From positions 11,036,001 to 11,100,000 of the forward strand of contig NC_079167.1 of NCBI RefSeq assembly GCF_947568905.1: DNA of 64,000 nt. Direction: 5' to 3'. Shown here in pieces: positions 34,734-48,265 of this stretch (position 1 is its first letter; each line of letters starts with the position of its first letter). This DNA comes from Ostrea edulis (Eukaryota). Under the pieces are notes generated by a model, which was given only the letters and a program-made list of their open reading frames with translations, searched no databases and had not been told where the DNA came from. The translations under genes and the position numbers were made by a program.

Positions 34734-35553
34734 GTCCACCCTGAAGTCTTGTATCTGTCCTTTGAACAGTCCCATACTATTACAATAGTGAGTCCACCCT
34801 GAAGTCTTTTATCTGTCCTTTGAACAGTCCCATACTATTACAATAGTGAGTCCACCCTGAAGTCTTTTATCTGTCCTTTGAACAGTCCCATACTATTACA
34901 ATAGTGAGTCCACCCTGAAGTCTTGTATCTGTCCTTTGAACAGTCCCATACTATTACAATAGTGAGTCCACCCTGAAGTCTTGTATCTGTCCTTTGAACA
35001 GTCCCATACTATTACAATAGTGAGTCCACCCTGAAGTCTTGTATCTGTCCTTTGAACAGTCCCATACTATTACAATAGTGAGTCCACCCTGAAGTCTTGT
35101 ATCTGTCCTTTGAACAGTCCCATACTATTACAATAGTGAGTCCACCCTGAAGTCTTTTATCTGTCCTTTGAACAGTCCCATACTATTACAATAGTGAGTC
35201 CACCCTGAAGTCTTGTATCTGTCCTTTGAACAGTCCCATACTATTACAATAGTGAGTCCACCCTGAAGTCTTTTATCTGTCTTTTGAACAGTCCCATACT
35301 ATTACAATAATGAGTCCACCCTGAAGTCTTTTATCTGTCTTTTGAACAGTCCCATACTATTACAATAGTGAGTCCACCCTGAAGTCTTTTATCTGTCCTT
35401 TGAACAGTCCCATACTATTACAATAGTGAGTCCACCCTGAAGTCTTTTATCTGTCCTTTGAACAGTCCCATACTATTACAATAGTGAGTCCACCCTGAAG
35501 TCTTTTATCTGTGCTTTGAACAGTCCCATACTATTACAATAGTAAGTCCACCC
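34734..35553. repeat. 58-bp minisatellite, about 14 near-identical copies
   Basis: Unit gagtccaccctgaagtctt(g/t)tatctgtcctttgaacagtcccatactattacaatagt; period 58 (34734, 34792). Confidence 0.97.
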
Positions 35554-37244
35554 GGCGTTTGCCACAAAAGTTCCATTCTGCCGGTAAACAGATCCACTCC
35601 AAGAAAGTGAATGCCCAGAATTGTACGAAAACTGAAAGGATACCACAATTCCGCAAATTAAAATCTGATCCTGTCGGAATTCAAGTCAGTAATGACACAT
35701 ATTGTGATGTTAGTTGGGAAACTGTACTATCGACACACATGAAATATATACATGGTTTTACATTTTAGTAATCACTCTACGAATATGCTAAAGATCAAGC
35801 TGTTAAAATTATTCCCGGAAATCGTATTAGCTCTGTACGCTCGAATTTGTACTGTTATTCAACCTCATGATTTTGTGCTTTCGTTTTTCTTTGAAAGACT
35901 GTCACTCAAGTAAGAAGTATGTAACTGTTAGTATATGTATATTGTACTTTCAATGACATATATTTTCGGATTGAATATTATTTGTCTTGCATGTCAACCA
36001 GTTTGTTTGTATTTCGAATTTCCTCAATTTTTCAATAATATATACATTGAATCTCTCTCACAAAAGTATAATCCCTTATTAAAGTTGTCATTATGATAAA
36101 AACTTACTATATCGTATGATAGAAAAAAAACTCTTTATATAGAATTTTTTGTACCTTATAAATTTCCTGCGCCTAGGGCATGAGAGACGTGGCAGTACGT
36201 TTTCATTTATAAATAGATCAATTTCATTCAGGGAATATCAAGGCATGTTATCTGTTTGCTTGAAACATTTGGTTTTGTGTGTCTCTTGTGCTCATTGTAA
36301 ATGATTAATATATGCACTAAAATCTCGATTGACCATAGCCGACTTTGTTTTAAGGTAATATGAATTGGCACTGTTCAAAATGAATTCATTATAAAAACAT
36401 CAAGTATTCAAGAAATTGTTATGGTGCATTTTCTTACATGAAGCTATCATTGTTACTAAAGTACAGATTCATCAACAGCTTCTCTGTTTCTTCTGTTTGA
36501 GTTCCTCTTTTCCTGCTAATGCTTGTAGTAAATTATACTGTTGATATATGATTAGCGCATTGAAATTAGATAACGCGTCACTAATCAATGAGCTTGACAG
36601 CGAAGCATTTAGTTTGCCACAAGATGTTATGTTGAATCTATGGTCTAAACCAGTGGTGGATCCAGGATTTTATGAAAGGGAAGTCTATGGTGTCTGAAAG
36701 GAGAAGGAACACTTAGTATAGCGCTTTGGCCTAGTAAAATCAAGGAAAATAAAGAAGACGTTAACATAATTTTACCTATCGAAATTATCTTCTCTTAAAA
36801 CATAAATACGAAATGGCCTGACCCTTAGTGTACCTTCTCCTTTCTTGACAAGCAGGCAAATAAAAAGGAGAAATTAATGGATTACGCCTTGGAATTAAGA
36901 GACTGGGGTCTGGGAGCCAAAGAATTTCACATCTGTTGTGTACTGATGATTTTACTGATAAATACTAAGTGCACCATTGTATTTGGGAACATAAACAAGA
37001 GGGCTGTTCACTGGAACATCTTTTAGTGAGGGCCTACTAGTAGTACATTTTCATTACTGGTAATTTACATTTGGTGTATAAGGATATGTGTTGTTTCACC
37101 TTTGCAATTGACAAAACGCGGATTTCCAATCAGAGAGTACTATGTACAGTGTAATAGGATAATATATGCTGTACCTTATTGCTCAGTAAAATATTCTGCA
37201 TGTCAGACTGAACGCTCCTTATTTATTATTGCAGGTAGACCAAT

Positions 37245-40200
37245 ATGCAGTGGAATTCTAATACAACTTTAAGGAGTCACAAAATAAGAATGGGTGGCAT
37301 GCAACGAAAGCAGATAGTGGCTTATTGTGCTCTCACGGCTGGCTTTGGTCTGTTGAGTAATGCGTACAATTTCTATTATGTGAAAGTCTTCCTGAACTTT
37401 TACCACATACAGGAATCATGGTTCCAATTCTCACAGGTTCTGTTTTTAGTATGGAATGCTATTAATGATCCTTTGTTTGCTTACTGTGCTGACAACAAAA
37501 ACTTCAAACTTCTTAAAACTCGCCGCAGCATGATTCTGTACTCGGCTCCATTTTTCTCTCTGTCCTTTTTGATACCATGGTTTCAGTGGAGTACTCATCC
37601 AGTTATTGTAGGTCTTCACTTAGTCATTGCCCTGTGTTTATGGGACACGCTCTTTACATTTATTGGTTTGGCAGCATGTTGTCTTTTCACTGAAATCTCT
37701 CAAGATATTGACACGAGAATTACCTTGACCCGAGCTTCACAATTAGCCTCACTGTTCAGCTCGTGTAGCATAATGGTATTGGAACATGCTTCTCATGGTC
37801 TGCAAGATTTCAGGGCATTCCAAGTAACTACTATATTTATAGCAATATTCAGCTGGTATCTGATGTATTACTGTGGGAAACACTGCCATACACAGTATGA
37901 CCTTAATCAGATGGAAGACGGAAACAAGTCTGCTGATGAAGTTTGTCATCAGAAAACTGGACAAGAGTCATACTGGCAACAGACATGGCAGATAGTCAGG
38001 GACATCAACTTCATTTCCTTTGTGATCACCAACTTTTTTCAGGAATTTCACCGAACCTTTCTGTTCAACTTTCTGGCCATTATTTGTGATCAACTGATTT
38101 CTTCGGATGAAATCAGTCAGAGTGCTCGAAGTACTTTCTATGGTAGCATTCCATTTGCTTCAAAGGTAAGAATGAAATTAGAAACTTTTTATGGTATGCA
38201 GTGTTCTGTTTTCTGTAAAGGTAAGAATAAAATAAAATAAAAACTTGTTACGATATATGAAGTGTTCCATTTGTTTCAGTTCCATTTGTTTCAGTTCCAT
38301 GTGTTTCAGTTCCATTTGTTTCAGTTCCATGTGTTTCAGTTCCATTTGTTTCAGTTCCATGTGTTTCAGTTCCATGTGTTTCAAAGGCAAAAATACAATA
38401 AAATAAGAAACGTTGAAAGATAACGTTCCATTTGCTTTAAACCGCAGCGGTGGTCTAGAGGAAGAGCGTTCGCCCCGCATGCAGAAGGTCGGGGTTCGAA
38501 TCCCAACCGTGACAGACCAAAGTCGTTAAAACAGTTAGTGACAGTTCCATCGCCAAACACTCGGCATCAGGTGTGAATGCCACGGGTCCTCGGGAATGAC
38601 CTTAAAAACGGATGTCCTGTGTCACAATAGGTATGACACGCCAAAGAACCCTCACTGCTCAATGGCCGTAAGCGCCGAGCATAGGCCTAGATTTAAAGCC
38701 CTTCATCGGTATTGGTGACGTCTCCATATGAGTGAGAAATTCTCGAATTCTAAAGGGAAAGACAACCGTAACCACATTGTTGCTTTTAAGAATGCAGTAT
38801 TACTTATTGATATCGTAAATAACAGTCTTTAACAACAAACCCCCTGTTTAACCATTAAATCAATATTAATCCATGATAGATTTTAAATTACCTGTCGCTA
38901 AAAGAGCGGCCATTGAAGTTTAATTTATGACGTCACGCCGTCGGTTCATCAGCAGCACTGTAAACATGACAAGTCACGAACAGTTAAGTTTGGAATCGTA
39001 CAGATTTGAGCCCGTTCTTTCGCAAGAAGAAATTGAGAAAAGAAGACGCTCAGTCATGTCGCAGACTAGGCAGACGACACACGTTTCTTCATACGAATGT
39101 CTCGAACCTCAACTTGTCATTACGCAAATGATGGATCCACAGTTTACATAGTCTTTTCTTTTTAGATGACTTGGTTGGGTCAGGAATTTCGGAAGAAACC
39201 CCAACCTTTTTTCACATCTCCCTTTCGCATTAGTACAATTAACAGCTTGTCAAGGAGGCATCAACCTATTTCGTAAAATCTACCACATGCACATATTTGA
39301 TGATCTTAGAATCTCATCAAAACCGGAACAGACGGTGTGACGTCAAAATTATTTATTTTTGTGCTCTTGAATACAAAAGAGTTCCACATCATGACAGCTT
39401 CTATAGATGGCGGGAATTTCAATTTTTAACGTTTTCAAATTAGTACTGAAGCTTATCTAAGCTGTATATCAACAGAATAGTATGACAAATTTTTATCATA
39501 TATATGTAGTTATCATATCATTTATCATGTAAACTTTTTTTGGACTGTTTTACCCTTTAAGCAAGATACAATCAATCAATCAATCAATCAATCAAAGATA
39601 AGAATAAGATGAAATCAAATGAAGAAATATATATAATGTTTTGAATACTTCCCTGTAACATTAAAAACTATTAAGATTTTTTCTCTCTCTCGTTTTTTTT
39701 CTCTATTTGTGCAAATCATTCTTTTTAGATGACTCACTACCTTTCCACCTCTAAATTTAATTTTCAAATAATCACGTGTGAAGCAATAAAAATATAGATT
39801 ATGTGTTTCTTTCCTTGCAACAGAACTGTAATTTTTTGAAATAAATGGTTTATATTCGTGTTTAAATGTAAGACAATATTTTGAAGAAATATACACAGTT
39901 TTCGCTTTCAGGTGCTAATGTTAAATTCAGATCCAGCTGTGATAAATCAAATTTTTCCGTCTTAAAATTTTGGGTTAGAGATGGCGACATAGAATTTGTC
40001 TAAACATTGAAACGTCATTGTGATCATCATGTAATATTTTACAAGTTATAATTTAGAATGTCATACGTGTATATTTATATGTACTAGCCATGGGGACAAT
40101 GACAGGCTAAATTCTCTACGACAGCAGATAACTCTCATCAGTTTCGCTGTAATAAATAGTTACTTTGAGGAAAACAATGATTAAAACGGATCTAATGCTA

Positions 40201-43200
40201 CCATAGATATTAAAGAGGTTTCACTGAATGAATTGACAACCAGTATTAAACACCCAATTGAAATATGCGGTCGGTGATTTCACATAGAATGCATCTTTCT
40301 GTACTTTCTGTAGCTTTTGCAAGGGATTATGTTTAGATGATTTATTGGTTGATTGAATATTGTTTAACGTCCCTCTCAAGAAAATATTTCACATGGAGAC
40401 GTCACCACTGCCGGTGAAGGGCTGCAAAATTTAGGCCGATGCTCGGCGCTTATGGCTATTAAGCAGGGAGGGATCTTTATCGTGCCACACCTGCTGTGAC
40501 ATGGGACCTCGGTTTTTTCTGTCTCATCCGAAGGACCGCCACATTTAGTCGCCTCTTACGACAAGCAAGGGGGGTACTACTGAGGACCTATTCTAACCCG
40601 GATCTCCACGGGATATGCTTAGAATCGCAACTACTACCAGTGAAATGTGTTAAAAATACCATTTCCCGTATAAAAATTATTTATCCAATTATGTTTAGAT
40701 GAATAATTTTTATACGGGAAAGAGTATTTTTAAGACATTTCACAGGTAGTGGTTGCGAAAACACATAGGAAACATTCCAAATATTGCATACACTAAAAGT
40801 ACTTCCTGTTTACAGTTGTATATAAAAATCGCCTACATATATATTTTAGACGAGGAATGGGACGGGATTCTCTTATTAGAATTATTTATTTTTAGAACCT
40901 CTGTATCATCACACAAGTTTGTATTTGCAGATTCTTGTGATATCAATAGCACCTGTGTTATGGCATTTCTCTTACAAGACGGTCATTCGAGCCAACTTTA
41001 TTTGGAAGATCTTAGGCGGTCTTGTGATGTACTACGTCATAGGAAACGGTCATCCCTGGATTCTGATAGGCTTCATCTTGCTGGATGAGTAAGTGTTATC
41101 GATGTTTGCATAAATAACTTAGTATTATTTAGAAGGCTGTTTTGTCTATCAAATTTGACCAAAAAAATATGCCACAGAAATTGGGACGATAAAGGTGAAA
41201 TGTGACAGAAATGTACATGTAACTTACAAATCACATTCTATTTAGCAACACATAATGTCAACGAAGTAATTTGCATTTTACAAACTATTTCATAAAGGCA
41301 TAAGAATTTTATTTGATTAAATACGGTATTTTAGTTCACCTGAACTGAAAGTTCATGTGAGCTTTTCTGATCACCTCTGATGTCCGTCAGTCCGTCTGTC
41401 TGTAGATTTTTCACATTTTCATTTTCTTCTCCATAATCACTTTGCTTTCAAGTTTGTTCATTTCAGGATCCATATGCCCTTGCAATTACCATGCCCCGAT
41501 TTTGGTGCAAAAATTATTTGATATTTAATTGATAATATGATAGTACATATATAATCGATGTAAAACATAGCAACAACCCTAAATTTAAAAAAAAACAACT
41601 GACGCAATGATGTATTTGAGACATCTAAACTTTTCATTTTCAAAACAAGGCAGTGCCCTGTTTATGATTTTTTTTGGGGTTATGGATACAGGTATTGCCC
41701 TGAAATGTAATCACTACCTTCCTCTCAGAAAAATTTATTCAGTTTGCATTTCAACTTAATTGGTGCACTGTGACCTACTTTAGGGGTAAAATGAGTCAAA
41801 TATTTTCCCGGACTTTTTCTCATCATGGATACAAATATTGCACTGGAATTTTGTCTTTATGATTTACCGTATGCGGTACTCTTGTTTTTCTTTTTTTATA
41901 AGCACACCTTGTTCATTACATTCTACCACTCAACTCAAAGGGGACAAGAGTTTTAGTTCTCGAAGCAGTTCCTCATAGTTTTTGGTTTGTAATAACATTT
42001 GAAGGCTATGTCTGACCTCTTTGAGTTGTTAATAATGACAGAAGTAAAACGTAGACCCTCATTTTTAGCTCAACTGAGCTAAAAGCTCGAGTGGGTTTTT
42101 CTTATCACATTTTGTCTGTCGTCCATCCCTCTGTGTCTAAACTTTTCACATTTTCATCAATTTTTGCATGAATCATCCTTATTTGAAGGGGATTCAAGTG
42201 CTCCAAAATGAAAGGTCCTACCCCCTTCAAAGGGGAGATAATAAAAATAGGGTGGGGTCATTTAACAAGAGGCCCACGGGCCTTATCGGTCACCTGAGTA
42301 CTAGTTAAAAGTATCATTAGTCCCAGGGGCAAAAAATCTAGAAAAAAAATTCCTGTTCTAAATATCTAAGCTAAATTCTAATATTCAGCAACAGTATAAA
42401 ACAAGATGTGTTCTTAAAACTTCAGTGCTTTCAAAAACTGATGAAAATATAATATATGTATTATTAGTAAACGATATCACCAATTTGGACTCACCCTAAT
42501 AAAGTCAAAACGCTGGGGTTGCGAAATTCACCATTTTTTGGTACATCCTTTTCTGCTTTTCCTAAATATGCATACTGTATCAGTGAACTTAAAGAAGTCC
42601 TTCAAATGAGGAAGACAATAATCACTATAATATTTTTGGCTCCACTCTGAAACCAAACCCTTACCCCCTTGGATCATGAAATTTACAATTTTGGTAAATG
42701 ACTACATACTCCTTCTAAATATCCATTTAGTTTCAATTTAGTATCAATGATATTAAAACAGATATCATTTACATGTTTTGCACATATACACTATTTATAC
42801 CAAGTTTGGCCCCGCCCTGGATTCAGAACCTCTACCCCGGGGATTATGAAGTTTACAATTTTGGTAGAGGCCTTCCTGCTCTATATCACTATGCATTTAG
42901 TTTTTCTTAAAGATATGCAGTTGTAGAGAAAAGTTTCAAAAACTGGCCGATTTTTGGCAGTTTTTGCCCTGCCCCTAAGGCCCCAGTGGTGCAGGAGTCC
43001 TGGAATTTACAATTTATGTCCTCCTTGTCCCAAAGATGCTTCATACCAAATTTGAAAGGAATTTGAAAGTTGTTATCAAGAAGTTAAAATTATTAGTTCT
43101 ATTTTTCACACATTTGATAACTGACCATTTTAGCCCCACCCTGATACCAAAACCCGTACCCCCGGGACCATCAAATTTATAATTTTGTTAAAGGACTACC

Positions 43201-45522
43201 CGTTCTTTCTAAATATCTATTTAGTTTCAATTTAGTACCAATAGCACTAAAGATGTTATTTTAAGTGTTTTACGTATAAACACTACATGTATATACCAAG
43301 TTTGGCCCCACCCTGGGGTGAAAACTTTTACTCCGGGGATCATGATTTACAATTTTGGTAGAGGCCATCCTGTTCTACATCAAATTGCATTTAGCTTTTC
43401 TTACACATGTGTGGTTCTAGAAAAGAAGATTTTTGAAAATTGGTTAATTTGGGATAGTTTTTGCCCCGACCCTAAGACCCCAGGGGTGCAGGAATCCTGA
43501 AAATTACAATTTATGTCCCCCTTATTCCAAAGATAAGTTCCATACCATTTGAAAAGAGTTGGAATGGTAGTTATCAAGCAGAAGTTTAAAATGTTCAATT
43601 GTTAACGGACGATGACAGACACATACCAATGCTAAAAATCCTTTCAAGAACCACAATAGGAGAACAAATAAAAGTTTTATATAGGGATACAAAGGAAGTT
43701 AATTTAAACAAAGTCCTTTCAAGATTAGCAGAGCCACACTAAATCCTATCCAAGTGTAAATGTTCCCAAGTTGTGAGGATTCAAGTTTTTTTTTATGCCA
43801 GCGCAATTGTAGTTGGGGGCATATTGTTTTGTCCTAGTCTGTCTGAAACTTCGTTCTTGCTCATATCTTTTGAATGGTAATCACATTCCTTTTGACAAGA
43901 ACTTTTCTTTGGTGCCAAAGTTCTAAACCCTTGACCTTGGAGTTTGATCTATTTTATAAAACAAAAATTTAACCTATTCAATATCTCATGAACTATATAA
44001 GGTAGGGTTATAGATTCCCTACAGTAAGGCCTTACATTTTATACATGATCTTTGACTTTGTGATCTTGAAGTTTGACCCATATTTCAAAACTTTCATCTT
44101 ACTCATAATTTTTGAAATGTTAGTGATAGAGCACTTAAATGTCATGAATGCATTCCTTGTGGCAAAACCTTTTATCGTATTAAAGTTCTAAGTCCATGAC
44201 CTTGATGTTGACGTTTTTATAAGAAAGTGTAACATATATATATAAAGTTCTCATCTTGTGACCTTCACCATGGGTTTTACTTACTTATAAGAAAACTTAA
44301 CATTTTAGATATCTCTTGAACTTCAGGAAGGGCTTTCATATTTTGTATATGGATTCTTTATGGCAAGACCTTTCATGAGGTACCATAATTGTTTGATCTT
44401 GTGACCTTGGAGTTTCATCAAATTAAAAAAAAAACCACCCTGACCTATTCAATGTCTCCTGAACTATTTCATGTAGATCTTTCATATTTTGTGTATAGTT
44501 TCTTATGGCAATCCCTTTCATTTTATACGATGATCTTTGACTTTGTGACCTTGGGAGTTCGACCTAATTTTAAGAAAACGTAACCTAGGCAATATCTCCT
44601 GAACTATTTTAGGTAGGGTTTTAATTTTATTTTTGATATAGATTCTTAATGACAATATCTTGTGATAACCATGGTGTTTGACCTGGTGACCTTGGAGTTT
44701 AACCTACTTTTATTTTTTCTACCTACATTGTATATAGATTTCTTATGGCAAGACTTTTTATTTTATACCATGATTAATTACTTAGACCTTCACCAGAGCA
44801 GCAAGGTCATGTTAGTGATATGGGTGTTGAGGCATCCACACGATGTCTGAATTCATGTTCAGTTATGTCATGTCCCTTTGAGGCTAGGTTGGGGCACACA
44901 ATATGGGGTCAACAATTTTAATGGGATAAAAAAATCTTTAAAAATCACAACAGCTGGACAACGAGAGATCGAGGATGGCTCGGGTGAGCGATATAACTTA
45001 CGGGCCTCTTGTTTAAAACACCGGGTTCATTATAATTGTTATTAATGAACAGCGAAGACTCTTTAACATCGAGTAGTACCTGGATTATTGTTCCCAACTG
45101 TTACATGGCACCAGATCTACATACCATAAGTCATATAACCAGTGCCTTCACATAAACTACAGAATCAGTGATTTTACATCATACCATATAATTTAGAGCC
45201 ATCACATATTTCATAAACCACAAGATCGGGGATTCACGTAATGGCATATAATCGGCGACATTATATTCGACATCAACCACGTAATTAGTGATATATGTTA
45301 CGAAAACCACATAATTGATGATATCATAAATTATATTACACAACATCCTAACTAACATGAGTGTAAGGTCAAGGTCGTTAATGAAGGCATGCTTTCTCTT
45401 TCAGATGTTTTGCTAACGGTACATTTTCATTGTTTAACCTTCCCTTATCGGACATTGCTGATATCAACATGCAAAAGTACAAGAGAAAGTAAGCTCGCAG
45501 ACCTGTTGTTTCATGTTTATAG

Positions 45523-45568
<46 letters not shown>

Positions 45569-45754
45569 GTGTTACGGGCGTTTACTCACAAATCATCAAT
45601 CTTGGAGTTACAAAAGAGCCCAAAGTTGATGGGTTTCGTTTCTCTGTAAAATCAATGCAACACCAGTGAGCGATTTGGTCAAAGGGCTTTTTTGTGGTAT
45701 TGCAATCTTATGTATAAACTTGCTACAAGCTTTTTAAAAAATGATGAAAATGAA

Positions 45755-45805
<51 letters not shown>

Positions 45806-46226
45806 GAACTGTTATTCAATTTCATCAAAGTAAATTTCTCTCTTCTCTTATATTTTCAAAATAAAGAATACATGTATATTCACAGATCATGACAATGACA
45901 GTATTTGCCTTTGTTGCAGACATCCGATATCCTCAATGGTGTTTGGAACTAATGCTTTATTTGTGAAGCCTGCCATTTCCCTGTCTCCCATGCTAGCAGT
46001 GGCCGTTCTAAACAGATATGGATACAGCCAAATTAAAAAATCTACAGGAAGCACAACAAGCTTGACAGAAAACCCTCTGTCTCCCACACAACTAGAAGAT
46101 CTGAAAGGGGTCATGTTCTCTTTGGTGTGCTGGTACCCTATCGTACTTGGAACTATTCAGTTGATAAGCTGGTCATTTTACAGAATTGATAATAAGATAG
46201 AGAAGAACATTGAGGTAAAGACATAA
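37245..46226 (+). CDS. MFSD13A: MFS-type transporter, TMEM180/MFSD13A-like, 4 coding exons, 489 aa
   Basis: Exons 37245-38165 (AAG|gtaaga), 40931-41088, 45405-45488 and 45920-46226 join in frame (1470 nt). Motifs FLVWNAINDPLFAY, LFNLPLSDIAD and HPISSMVFGTNALFVKPAISLSP fit the TMEM180 family. A splice acceptor at 37233-37234 implies an upstream UTR exon. Confidence 0.85.
38262..38383. repeat. 15-bp tandem repeat (gttccat(t/g)tgtttca), 8 copies
   Basis: Read directly; source of the KHMEL/KQMEL ORF. Confidence 0.95.
38443..38747 (+). mobile_element. tRNA-headed SINE whose tail is displaced to 39561-39594
   Basis: A box ggtggtctagagg and B box gggttcgaatccc; shared SINE core; (caat)n tail lies after the intervening element. 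Confidence 0.8.
38754..39556. mobile_element. Kolobok-like non-autonomous DNA transposon
   Basis: Termini ctaa|agggaaagac and gttttaccct|ttaa form an imperfect TIR with a TTAA-like TSD. Its removal reunites the SINE body and tail. Confidence 0.5.
40345..40612 (-). mobile_element. Family A SINE
   Basis: Reverse complement of 1491-1748. Confidence 0.85.
42060..45013. mobile_element. Cluster of nested HINE-like elements with satellite monomers in MFSD13A intron 2
   Basis: Outer minus-strand element (ttttagctcaactgagc.. to gggcctcttgttt); inner plus-strand Cg170-type element 42264-43635; gaccttg-rich repeats at 43790-44800. A further HINE end fragment is at 41330-41520. Confidence 0.65.
45525..45562. 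repeat. (CT)n microsatellite
   Basis: Read directly. Confidence 0.95.
45757..45802. repeat. (AT)n microsatellite
   Basis: Read directly. Confidence 0.95.
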
Positions 46227-47454
46227 ATCTTAGCACAGTGTAAAAAGCTTCGAACATGAAGCTACCGGTTAGTGTCACTGTTTACTAATACTAATGAAGG
46301 GATGTAAAAGTATTCCTTTGTAATACATATCTATCCATTTGCAACCTTTTCATCACTAAACTATTTTGACTCTAGTCTATCAAGTTTTTCAAAGCTTTGT
46401 TGATATCAGCACAAAGTGTTTAACTGGGATCTCGAGGTGTATCATCTTCCAAAATCAAGTGTTTCTGATCCGCTCCACATGTTTATGTGGAGCGGAGCGG
46501 ATCAGAAACCCTTGACTTGGAAAGATGGAGTTGTATAGTAAAACATATTATTGCCGTGTAAATAGTCATACAGGAAAACAACAAACCAGAGCTTTGAAAT
46601 GGTGAATAGATGAAAATGCACATTATGTAGATATAGAACAATTTGTACGGTTTTAAGGTAGTAGAATACATATTTATGAAAAGAAGTAATGGTTGCTGTC
46701 CTTTACTTGACCACACGAACAGAGAGGAGATTATATTATATAGATATATCTATTATATTTTTTTTCGTTGTTATGAATTCAGTGATGCCTTAATTTGGTA
46801 TGAATAATATCAAGACTACGTTTTCCAAATGTATATACAAAAAAAAAAAAAAAAAAGAAGAAATAAAGTGTGCTGAGGAGATTTTTTTTCTCTCTCTAGC
46901 CGACCAAACCTACTAAGTGAGGACGTCCTCACAATGTGTAGAAGTGAATACACACATATATTATTCTAAAGGCAAAAAAGTACAATGTTAGGTATAGCTA
47001 TAGGGATACTTAGTTTATCTAAAACTCTCTTTCGAATTATGAAAAAAGAAAGGTTTTTAGAGAGAATATTAGTTAGGATATGTCCGCACACCACTCGTCC
47101 TCACTAAGCTAATATTTTGTATCTACATCTTTCACATGCTGCAGGTCACATTTATGAGGACGTAATTGTGAGGACATTATTTTTGTCCACATAGTGCAAT
47201 TCTGTCCTCACAACTTCTGTCCATTGGTTGAAATTTGTCCTCACTTTACACATTTTACTGCCTCCTCTCTCTATTAACAAAAGGGTCCCCCTGTCACCAA
47301 ATCTATTTGAGGTTAATTATACATTCATCCGAGAAAACATCCATTTGATAAATTACTTCAAAATCCTGATTATAATCTTCATCAAATATTCATTAATGTT
47401 TTGAATCAACAATTTATTATATTATATTTATTATATAATTGTTACTTATCTTAT

Positions 47455-48265
47455 TATAAGCCTGCAAACGAAGTTGTGGGGGTATTCTGGAATGACCTTG
47501 TCCGTCTGCAGATATCATTTGTCTAGAGGATACCTTTAACACCAATGAACAGATTTCATCAAAACTTTATATATATCTTATATGTTGTGCACCTGCTATT
47601 TTGATTGAGATATTTTGATATTCAAGGAAGTTGTGGATATTTTTTTCCATTTTGAGGGAGTGTTGTCAGTTTCCAGAGTATATTTTAAAAACCATTGAAC
47701 ATGGAATCAGGTTGTCCGTCCGTCCGTCTGTAGACGTAATGGTTTCCGGGCTCTAAAGCGTTATCCTTTCCACCTACAGTCACCATATCATACGTATGGA
47801 CTACCCATGGGACGAAGATGTTCCCTATCGATTTTGAGGTCAAAAGGCCAAGCGCACTGGACATCGAAGTAGCAATATGGTTTCCGGGCTCTAAAGTGTT
47901 ATCCTTTCACCTACAGTCGCCATATCATATATATGGCGAAGATGTTCCCTATCGATTTTGAGGTCAAAATGTCAAGCGCTCTAGTCATCGATGTAGCAAT
48001 ATGGTTTCTGGGCTCTAAAGCGTTACCTTCCACCTACAGTCTTCATATCATACATATGGACTACCGATGGGACGAAGATGTTCCCTATCAACTTTGGGGT
48101 CAAAAGGTCAAGCGCACTCCTAGAGAAGAGACTACCCAAGGTTTTGTCATGCCCTTTCTTTTCTACACTCGGGAAAGAGGTAATTTATACCTATTAACAT
48201 CACCCTTTTGGAGATTGGGGTAAGCGAGGGTATTCTTAGTGAGCATTACTCACAGTACCTCTTGT
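47455..48265 (-). mobile_element. HINE-like element(s) with three ~120-140-bp internal repeats
   Basis: gtccgtccgtc microsatellite; repeated atggtttccgggctctaaag..gaagatgttccctatcgattttgaggtcaaaa; end cacagtacctcttgtt. Confidence 0.65.

Noticed and set aside
34734-35553. CRISPR-like appearance of the 58-bp array (also the 29-bp and 36-bp arrays)
   Set aside because: Units are contiguous with no unique spacers, no cas genes are present, and the context is eukaryotic; these are minisatellites.
38166-38240. C-terminal tail VRMKLETF..KNKIK* of the 331-aa ORF as the true end of the transporter
   Set aside because: Read-through past the donor at 38166. Three further exons complete the MFS fold.
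38178-38480. ORF with KHMEL/KQMEL repeats
   Set aside because: A 15-bp intronic tandem repeat fused to an antisense SINE head.
38443-38520. Possible tRNA genes (also 14120, 29918, 56961)
   Set aside because: A/B boxes are present but there is no complete cloverleaf or acceptor stem, and the sequence continues into SINE bodies.
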